Positions 33,528 through 40,056 of a stretch of DNA of 40,056 bases are shown here, in pieces. The notes below the pieces were generated by a model. The model searched no databases and had not been told where the DNA came from. It worked only from the letters and a program-made list of their open reading frames with translations. This stretch comes from a virus. Lineage: Duplodnaviria; Caudoviricetes. The stretch lies in the IMG/VR virus record IMGVR_UViG_3300017700_000643, positions 1 to 40,056 of that record, one strand, 5' to 3'. The position numbers and the translations under genes were made by a program. Numbering within the stretch: the stretch's first letter is position 1; every line of letters begins with the position of its first letter.

Positions 33528-34523
33528 ATGAAATTCACACTCGACGGTTCGGGCGCTCAAGCTGCAGGTCAAGGCATTGGCAGCCTGTTCAAGGCGTACG
33601 CGCTGGCCCCCATGTACCGGCAGCAGGCAGAGCAGGAATCAGCAGCCAAGGCGGCCACCGCCTACGCCCACACCCAGCAGGGCAATAAATACGGCACCGA
33701 AGCGGAGGCGGGACGGTACACGCTCGACCAGCGCCGTGGTGTTGATGCGGACATTGAGGCAAATCCCAGCATGCCGGAATACGAGCGCACCATGCGCCGC
33801 GTCTTCAAGATGACCGGCGACACACACGCCGACCGGGTTGCCAAGGCTGGCACAGAGTTCCAGGCTCAGGGCTTCCGGGACCGTGCTGCCGCAGCTCCCA
33901 ACATCGAGGCCATGAACAAGCTTATTGCTGTCACGGCGGATAAGCCTTACTTGCCCTTTGACAACGTCGGCAATACGGGGTATTCGATCAACAGGGCAAC
34001 CGGCACGGGCGGTGAAATCAACCCAGTACTGGCGAAGATTTTCCAGACCGTTGAAGCGTCTAAGGCCAACGAGAACAACGCACAGGCGGGCTCTGCTGGC
34101 GCTTCTGCTGGGCTGTCTTCTGCGCGCAGGGATCGCGTGGTTGCAGGCCTTGATAAGCCCGTGACTATCGTTGACGAAGATACCGGACAGGCCACCGTCA
34201 CAACCTTGCCCACGAAAGGCGCTCCCGTCTCCATCGGAGTGGCCCCCAGCAAGGGCACCGGAGAGGCAGCCACCAACGCGAAGACCCGCAACGCGATCAT
34301 TGCCGCCGTGGAAAAAGAGCTTGGCGGGTATTCCACCGAGGCGGAGATTGCCGCCGAAGTGGCAAAGCGCCTGGCACGCCGCGGCATGAACAAAAGTCCA
34401 GCAGACACCCCCGCTGCGCCAAAAATCAAGGCTTCTGTCCCCAAGGACCACAAGCAAATTGGCACGTCTGGTGGGAAGCCGGTTTATGTAGGACCTGACG
34501 GGAAGCGCTACATCATGGAGTGA
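33528..34523 (+). CDS. DNA ejection protein 3
   Basis: 331 aa, Ala-rich, directly before the giant gene; C-terminal GTSGGKPVYVGPDGKRY. Confidence 0.65.
   Translation: MKFTLDGSGAQAAGQGIGSLFKAYALAPMYRQQAEQESAAKAATAYAHTQQGNKYGTEAEAGRYTLDQRRGVDADIEANPSMPEYERTMRRVFKMTGDTHADRVAKAGTEFQAQGFRDRAAAAPNIEAMNKLIAVTADKPYLPFDNVGNTGYSINRATGTGGEINPVLAKIFQTVEASKANENNAQAGSAGASAGLSSARRDRVVAGLDKPVTIVDEDTGQATVTTLPTKGAPVSIGVAPSKGTGEAATNAKTRNAIIAAVEKELGGYSTEAEIAAEVAKRLARRGMNKSPADTPAAPKIKASVPKDHKQIGTSGGKPVYVGPDGKRYIME
34390..34426 (+). promoter_or_regulatory. Putative late promoter (motif copy 5) upstream of the giant gene
   Basis: ACAAAAGTCC-N20-CAAAAAT with the same spacing as the other copies; about 100 bp upstream of ATG 34528. 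Confidence 0.5.
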
Positions 34524-34527
34524 TTGA

Positions 34528-37500
34528 ATGGCCCTCAAAGAGTTTACCGGCGAGCTTGATGCTCCAAAGCTGAAAGAGTTCACCGGGCTACTTGACGGGG
34601 AAGTCGCTCCAGGCCGCGATGAAGGCATACCCCTTGTATCGGGCGACCCCATGGGAATGGGCGGCGCGGACATTCTTGCCGCTGCCCAGCAACCCAAGCC
34701 GACCAGCGTTCTTGAGGGCGTGCGTTTCGACGGACCCGAAGCTCCTGCAGGCATCGACTTCAAAGCTGCTAGCGCTCGCAGCCTGGCCCAGGCCCGCAAG
34801 CTGCCCGTCGCGCGCGCTCCGAGCGAGGCCCAGCCCTCGACCCCCGTGGATCAAACTTTTTTGGATAACGCCACGCGCGTCCTGCGAAAGACGCTGGGTG
34901 GCATCAACTCCGGCACGGCCGGCATCATCCAGATGGTTGGCGATGTCACCGGCATGGATTCCGTCGCCGACTTCGCGCGTACCTCCGGCCGGGCTGGCAA
35001 GCGCTTCGCCAACAAGACCGAGGCCGGCAAGACCACCATAGAAGGCTTCACGCCCAATTCACCCGTGCAGGGCCTGCCTGGCGCGATTGAGGACGCCGCC
35101 GTGTCCATCGGCCAGCAAGTCCCAGCCCTTGCCACTGGCAACCTACCCGCGGCCCTTGCAATGATGTTCGGCCAGTCCACCGGCACCCAGTACGGTGAAG
35201 TGCGGGAAAAGGGCCTCGACATCGCCCCGGCAATTGCCAATTCCGTGCTGACCGGCGCGGCCGAGGTAATCGGCGAAAAGCTCGGCGGTACACCTGGCAC
35301 CATGCGAGCGCTCAAGGGCGCCGTCGCCGGCAATGCGCCTGCGCGCGTAGCCGCTGAAATGGCCCGTGCTGGCGTGCGCGACATCCCCGGCGAGAGCCTG
35401 ACCACCTTGATGCAGTACGGCACAGACGCCGCACCAGTCATCGGCACCAATGCCGCGCCGTCTTTCGGCGAGCTGGGCGGCCAACTCAAGAACACCGTGG
35501 CTCAAACCCTGCTGCAGGGCGGAATGATGACCGGCGGCGGTGCGGCCCTGGCCAGCGCAGCGCAGAAGATGGGCGCCGCGCCCAAGGACGGCCAGCTACT
35601 GCCCGCCGTCAACAGCGACTTTGCCGCCAAAGAAATGGCCCGGGAGATTGATGCCGCCGCCCAGGAAATTGCCGACGCGCCTACGCCACTGTTTCCGCAG
35701 CAAACCACCATTCCCAAAAGCACGCCCGCCAAGCTGCGCCCGATGCGCGCAGATGAAGCGCTAGACGGCGAACAGCCCGCACCGCGTGCAGCCCAATCAC
35801 AGAGCGCCCAAGCAGCTACTGAAACCATAGCAAAGGACTCGCTTGAAACTCCTAGCCAGACCAGCACAGAGCAAGCCGCCCCCGCGATTGACCAGGTATC
35901 AGCGCCTGCTCCAGCAAATGGAGGGGTGCAGCGCCCTGGAGCTGGCCCAGCGCTGGAAGCTGATCGCACCGAGCCCACCACGCCAACACTGAGCGAGCCC
36001 ACCAATGTCCAAAACCAAGTTGCGGCCGGAGCACCCGCCCAAGCTCAAGCCGCGCCAGATCAAGCGCCAGCGCCAGCGGGAAGCACTGGAGGCGGACAAG
36101 CCGCAGCCGGAACCCAGACCGGAGCCGGTGCAGTACAAGCCACTGGGATAAATGCCCCGGCAGCCCAGACAACGCAAGGGCAAGATGCTATAGAAAACAT
36201 AGCGCCGCAGCGCATTGGCCGGAACAATGTGCCAATGGCCGAGGGCGGTAAGCCGTTCAAAACCAACATGGCGGCCAAGGAAGCGCGCAAGCTGCAGCCC
36301 GGCATGCGCGTCATCAAGGTGGACGGCGGCTACGCCCTGGCCGAGAAGACCCGCGCCCAGTTGGCGGCGCAGGAGAAAGCCGCCCGCCGCATGGGACTCC
36401 CCCAGACCAGCGCGCGCGGCGAACCCATCCCGGCGCATGCCTTCATTGCATCCGCTGGCGGCCTGGCTGGCGCGACTCGCTCTGACATGAACATGCAGGG
36501 CAACGTCCGTATCGGAAACCGCAGCCTTTTCGCCGGCACCGGGAAGGGCTTGACCATTGAGCGGGCTACCGAAAAGCTGATCGAAGAAGGCTACCTCCCA
36601 GAGGGCGCAGGCCACGACCAGGCGCGCGAGCTCATCAAGCGCAGCCTGAAAGATCCTCAATACACCCCCGAAGGCGTGGAGCGCATGGCCGAAAAGGGCA
36701 CCGTAGCACGCTTTGAAGACCACCTTGCCGCCCAGCAGGAGGCCGCGGAGAGCGACCCGGATTTTGATCCTTTCCCGGACATGGACATCCAGGAAAGCGA
36801 CTTCGCGGGCACCGGCTTTGCAGAGGCCCCGAATGAAACCCAGCTCGAAGTACAGGCTCTGATCGCCATGGCCGACGAACGCGGCATTGACAGCGAAACG
36901 ATAATGCTTGATGCTCACGACGCCACGCGTGAAGGCACAACCCAGGATTTTTATGACAACGCAAAATCAGCCCTCGAAGCAGCCATCGGCCAAGGCCGTG
37001 GAGATAGCCGCCCAGATTCTGGCCAACAAGGCGACCCGCCTGCAGAAGGCCGGCAGCAAGCCAGCGAAGACCGCCCCGACGAAGGCCTAACCAGCTACAC
37101 GGAAGGCGATGTCCTTGCCCGCCTGGACGCCCTGGAAAAGGGCGAAAAGGATACCGCCGCCAAGGACGCAAAAGCGGACGCCGACGCCAAGAAAGAGCGC
37201 GAGCGCCGCGACATAGCGAGCCGCCAGCAGGCCAGCTCCGACAACTTCGAGCTCGGGCAGAGTGCCGACGACGCGATTAGCGGACAGGGCCGGATGTTTG
37301 CAGAGAGCCCGCAAGTGGGCTACGATGGAAATTATGAAAAAGACCTCTTCGGGGATCCCCTACCAGTTACCCGCCGAAAGGATCGGCCAGCCGAACCCAA
37401 GCGCGCCGGGGTATCTGGGGACGTACGCGCCGCCGGCAACGTACAAGCCGACATTGCCGGATCAGAGTTCTACGCAAACGCCTTCGTTGGCTCGGAAACC

Positions 37501-40056
37501 AGCCGCGAACTAGGCGCGGCGGTAGTCAGCACGCCCACACAGGCGGCGCAAGCAACCCAATACCTCTACAAGTCAGCCGTCGAGCGATTCGACGCCATCG
37601 TTACCGACAAGGCCGGGAAGCCTTTGGGGGTGGTCGGGGGCTTTAAAGGCGCGCTGGCACAAACGTCCGTCTACCCCGCCACTCTGGTGGGCGAGGCCAT
37701 CCGCATTCCAGGCGCCGCACGCATCTGGTTTTCTCACAACCATCCCAGCGGTTCGGCGATGCTTTCGCGCGCTGATGAACACCTCAACAGGACGCTTACC
37801 GACATTTTCAACGGCAGCGGCATTGAGCCTATGGGGTTGATGGCGATAGCGGGCGAAACCTTCTCCTATGTCGATGCACTGGGCGATGTCACGGAGTCGA
37901 ACCGTCCCATTCCCGCACCTAGCGACAAAATCAGCGTGCCGGTTATGGAGCGCCAGTTAATGCCTGGCGCGCTCAAGACGCGCGTTGACAACCCCTCAGA
38001 CGCGAAGAAGTACGCAAAGCAGTTCTATGAAAAGAGCCGCCAGCCCGGCATGATGCTGCTGGATTCTCAGATGGGCGTGGCGGCATGGGTGCCGATTCCG
38101 CCCAAGATGAGGGGTCAGCTTCGCGACACCGGCCAGCTTGCTGCGCTGTACCGTGCCGTCAGCCAGTCAAATGCCGGAACTGCAATCTTGGCGCATGGCG
38201 GAGAGCTCGATGTTGTGGGAGATTTCCCGGGCAAAATCACGGCCGGCAACAACGTCGCCGCAGCTCTTCAGAAGGTCGATGTCCGGGTTGTTGATTCGAT
38301 CAATGTCAACTCCGGCGTGTCCCGCGCAGAAACCGGTCAAGAGATAGCTTTGGGCCCCATGTATTCGAGGCCCAAGAGTCAAGATGCAGCACCGGCCGCA
38401 TTCCGGCAGGTCAAAACCAAAAGCGGGGCCACGGGTTTCTTGAATGCTGACATCGCCCTGGGTTCGCCGCGCTTGAACGTGCGGCAGCCCGGCGGTAACG
38501 TGACGCGGATCGACTTCGACATTCGGGACACCGCGGCATTCACACGCGCCCAAGCCGAGGGCATGTCTAACACTGAGGCAAGGGAGGCGGCCCATGTAGG
38601 CATCCTGACCATGGATATGGACAAGGCCGGCCAGTTCAAATCCCTGCGCAATATCGAGATATTCCAATCAAAGCGGGGCAACAACAGCGCGGAGAAGGTT
38701 GTTGGCTCCATCATTGCCAGCCTGCCGCCCGGCGGCAAGCTTCACATCCATGACATCCTGCCCACCGCAACGGGCTTCTGGGATAAAATGGGCGCGAAGT
38801 TTCCGAGGTCTGAGGACTTCATGGAGGCTTATCTAACGCCCGAACAATACAAGGCAGCCTATGACACCCGACCACGTACTGCAGGAGCGAGAGGACAATC
38901 GCAAGAGTCACGCGCGACCACGGACGGAACAGGAAGAGGCCGACGATCTGGAGCTGATGGAAAAGATGTTTCCGGCTCCCAACTCGCCAAAGACTCCGAC
39001 CGAGTAAGCACGCCCGACCAGGTGCGTGCCGTTCTGGCCGCGCGCTTCGGCCCCTTGGCTGCACGCATGGAGGCCCGGGGCTTCCTCAAAATCTGGGACG
39101 GCACCCAGGAATTCAACCAGACAGCACAGCGCTCCGAGCAGATCGAGGGCAAGGCACAGGGCTTGTGGGACGGCAACACTGCCCACCTCTTTGCTGACGC
39201 CATCGAGCCGGGCACCGAGATTGCCGTTCTACTCCATGAGGTAGGCGAGCACGCCAGCATGAAACAGATGTTGGGTGACGAAAAGTATGCCCAGCTTGTG
39301 AAGCGCGCCCGCGCCCTTACCCAGGCAGATGACCCCACCGCCTTGGAAGCCGTCGCCCGCATCCCTGACGACACCCGCCCGGAATTCCTCGATTCTGAGC
39401 TGCTGGCCTACATGATCGAGACAGTAGCCGCGAAGGACGCCAAGGCATCGCCAAGCGCCCGCAAGTGGCTGGCCGACATCCTGGCAGCCATCCGGGCTTG
39501 GTGGACCACCACGGGGCTATCCAGCAAGTTGCAGGACAGCTACGGCCTCAAGCTGGACCTGACGCCGGAGGACATTGCAGCCCTCGCCGTGCGTGCCGTC
39601 AAGTGGCAGGGTCAGCAGTCAGGGCAGAAGCAGGGTCGCCAGATGTCGCGCCCGGCCAGTCGTGCGCAGACCGACACCCCAGCATTTAAGGATTGGTTCG
39701 ACGGCAGCAAAGTGGTGGACGCGCAGGGCAAGCCCATGGTCATGTACCACGGCACCAGCGCCAGCGAGGGCGGCGACGCCTTCACGATGGTGGACACCTA
39801 CGCTTCAAGCTATGGCCTGATGGGCATGGGCGGATATTTCACCGCTGACCCCGAGATAGCGAACAGCTACACCACCAAAGGCCGGGGCGGATCGCCAACT
39901 GTCTACCCGGTCTATTTGTCCATCAAGAACCCCATCGACATGGAGGCCAAGGCAGACGTGGCCGCATGGGAAAAACAGTTTGACGACATCGCCGCCTACC
40001 ATGAGGGCGGGGAGAGCAATGAGTCCTGGTATCGCGCCGCTGAAAGCATGCTTGCC
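34528..40056 (+). CDS. N-terminal part of the giant polyvalent virion protein (~2,829 aa when joined to 1..3084)
   Basis: Frame 1 from ATG 34528 (MALKEFTGELD) showed no stop in the stretches I translated and is absent from the ORF track, consistent with running off the window end. JAB HNHPSG..S..D (37735-), GNAT-like (about 38590-38800), zincin HEVGEH (39235-39252), ART-PolyVal-like YHGT/GYF/VYPVYL (39673-). Confidence 0.88.
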   Translation, partial: MALKEFTGELDAPKLKEFTGLLDGEVAPGRDEGIPLVSGDPMGMGGADILAAAQQPKPTSVLEGVRFDGPEAPAGIDFKAASARSLAQARKLPVARAPSEAQPSTPVDQTFLDNATRVLRKTLGGINSGTAGIIQMVGDVTGMDSVADFARTSGRAGKRFANKTEAGKTTIEGFTPNSPVQGLPGAIEDAAVSIGQQVPALATGNLPAALAMMFGQSTGTQYGEVREKGLDIAPAIANSVLTGAAEVIGEKLGGTPGTMRALKGAVAGNAPARVAAEMARAGVRDIPGESLTTLMQYGTDAAPVIGTNAAPSFGELGGQLKNTVAQTLLQGGMMTGGGAALASAAQKMGAAPKDGQLLPAVNSDFAAKEMAREIDAAAQEIADAPTPLFPQQTTIPKSTPAKLRPMRADEALDGEQPAPRAAQSQSAQAATETIAKDSLETPSQTSTEQAAPAIDQVSAPAPANGGVQRPGAGPALEADRTEPTTPTLSEPTNVQNQVAAGAPAQAQAAPDQAPAPAGSTGGGQAAAGTQTGAGAVQATGINAPAAQTTQGQDAIENIAPQRIGRNNVPMAEGGKPFKTNMAAKEARKLQPGMRVIKVDGGYALAEKTRAQLAAQEKAARRMGLPQTSARGEPIPAHAFIASAGGLAGATRSDMNMQGNVRIGNRSLFAGTGKGLTIERATEKLIEEGYLPEGAGHDQARELIKRSLKDPQYTPEGVERMAEKGTVARFEDHLAAQQEAAESDPDFDPFPDMDIQESDFAGTGFAEAPNETQLEVQALIAMADERGIDSETIMLDAHDATREGTTQDFYDNAKSALEAAIGQGRGDSRPDSGQQGDPPAEGRQQASEDRPDEGLTSYTEGDVLARLDALEKGEKDTAAKDAKADADAKKERERRDIASRQQASSDNFELGQSADDAISGQGRMFAESPQVGYDGNYEKDLFGDPLPVTRRKDRPAEPKRAGVSGDVRAAGNVQADIAGSEFYANAFVGSETSRELGAAVVSTPTQAAQATQYLYKSAVERFDAIVTDKAGKPLGVVGGFKGALAQTSVYPATLVGEAIRIPGAARIWFSHNHPSGSAMLSRADEHLNRTLTDIFNGSGIEPMGLMAIAGETFSYVDALGDVTESNRPIPAPSDKISVPVMERQLMPGALKTRVDNPSDAKKYAKQFYEKSRQPGMMLLDSQMGVAAWVPIPPKMRGQLRDTGQLAALYRAVSQSNAGTAILAHGGELDVVGDFPGKITAGNNVAAALQKVDVRVVDSINVNSGVSRAETGQEIALGPMYSRPKSQDAAPAAFRQVKTKSGATGFLNADIALGSPRLNVRQPGGNVTRIDFDIRDTAAFTRAQAEGMSNTEAREAAHVGILTMDMDKAGQFKSLRNIEIFQSKRGNNSAEKVVGSIIASLPPGGKLHIHDILPTATGFWDKMGAKFPRSEDFMEAYLTPEQYKAAYDTRPRTAGARGQSQESRATTDGTGRGRRSGADGKDVSGSQLAKDSDRVSTPDQVRAVLAARFGPLAARMEARGFLKIWDGTQEFNQTAQRSEQIEGKAQGLWDGNTAHLFADAIEPGTEIAVLLHEVGEHASMKQMLGDEKYAQLVKRARALTQADDPTALEAVARIPDDTRPEFLDSELLAYMIETVAAKDAKASPSARKWLADILAAIRAWWTTTGLSSKLQDSYGLKLDLTPEDIAALAVRAVKWQGQQSGQKQGRQMSRPASRAQTDTPAFKDWFDGSKVVDAQGKPMVMYHGTSASEGGDAFTMVDTYASSYGLMGMGGYFTADPEIANSYTTKGRGGSPTVYPVYLSIKNPIDMEAKADVAAWEKQFDDIAAYHEGGESNESWYRAAESMLA
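35843..35992 (+). CDS. Nested +1-frame micro-ORF 1 (49 aa)
   Basis: TTG start with AAGGA RBS; MKLLARPAQSKPPPRLTRYQRLLQQMEGCSALELAQRWKLIAPSPPRQH. Confidence 0.35.
   Translation: MKLLARPAQSKPPPRLTRYQRLLQQMEGCSALELAQRWKLIAPSPPRQH
36005..36151 (+). CDS. Nested +1-frame micro-ORF 2 (48 aa, basic)
   Basis: MSKTKLRPEHPPKLKPRQIKRQRQREALEADKPQPEPRPEPVQYKPLG; host-frame codons become A/T-ending across it. Confidence 0.45.
   Translation: MSKTKLRPEHPPKLKPRQIKRQRQREALEADKPQPEPRPEPVQYKPLG
36953..37090 (+). CDS. Nested +1-frame micro-ORF 3 (45 aa) with its own promoter
   Basis: TTGACA (36887-36892)-17-GATGCT (36910-36915), CAGGA RBS; MTTQNQPSKQPSAKAVEIAAQILANKATRLQKAGSKPAKTAPTKA. Confidence 0.5.
   Translation: MTTQNQPSKQPSAKAVEIAAQILANKATRLQKAGSKPAKTAPTKA
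37334..37513 (+). CDS. Nested +1-frame micro-ORF 4 (59 aa), leaderless
   Basis: TTGCAG (37298-37303)-17-TACGAT (37321-37326), then 7 nt to the ATG; MKKTSSGIPYQLPAERIG... Confidence 0.5.
   Translation: MKKTSSGIPYQLPAERIGQPNPSAPGYLGTYAPPATYKPTLPDQSSTQTPSLARKPAAN
38861..39007 (+). CDS. Nested +1-frame micro-ORF 5 (48 aa, acidic)
   Basis: AAGG leader; MTPDHVLQEREDNRKSHARPRTEQEEADDLELMEKMFPAPNSPKTPTE; in the linker between the GNAT and zincin domains. Confidence 0.45.
   Translation: MTPDHVLQEREDNRKSHARPRTEQEEADDLELMEKMFPAPNSPKTPTE
39934..40056. repeat. Terminal direct repeat, right copy
   Basis: Identical to 1-123. Confidence 0.97.

Overview
The window is an apparently complete temperate, podovirus-type (short-tailed) phage genome. 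Bases 1-123 are identical to 39934-40056, so the sequence closes into a 39,933-bp circle. The attP is intact (3' half of a tRNA-Arg(ACG) gene), so this is the excised or virion form. GC-rich composition and motif clues suggest a betaproteobacterial, possibly Comamonadaceae, host (inference). Gene order: lysis cassette (holin, GH19-like endolysin, Rz with nested Rz1); attP/int/xis; leftward early operon of uncharacterised genes; lambdoid switch (PL, cI, PR, cro, five 14-bp operators); YdaU-like initiator with internal ori; T7 gp4-like primase-helicase; a repeat/IHF-rich non-coding region; terS, terL, portal, scaffold, capsid; a multi-gene tail-fibre system; adaptor/nozzle; ejection proteins; and a ~2,829-aa polyvalent virion protein spanning the junction (JAB, GNAT, zincin, ART-like and LPD38-like domains). 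Most unusual signals: (1) five 45-59-codon ORFs nested in the +1 frame of the giant gene's linkers, two with their own near-consensus sigma70 promoters; (2) a 37-bp late-promoter motif (ACAAANRTCC-N21-[-10]) at five module boundaries, with no recognisable late activator gene; (3) a ~265-nt, three-domain structured leader upstream of the capsid gene; (4) four bipartite 28-bp palindromic sites plus an IHF box upstream of the packaging genes. All assignments were made by eye from sequence and motif recall; no database searches were run.
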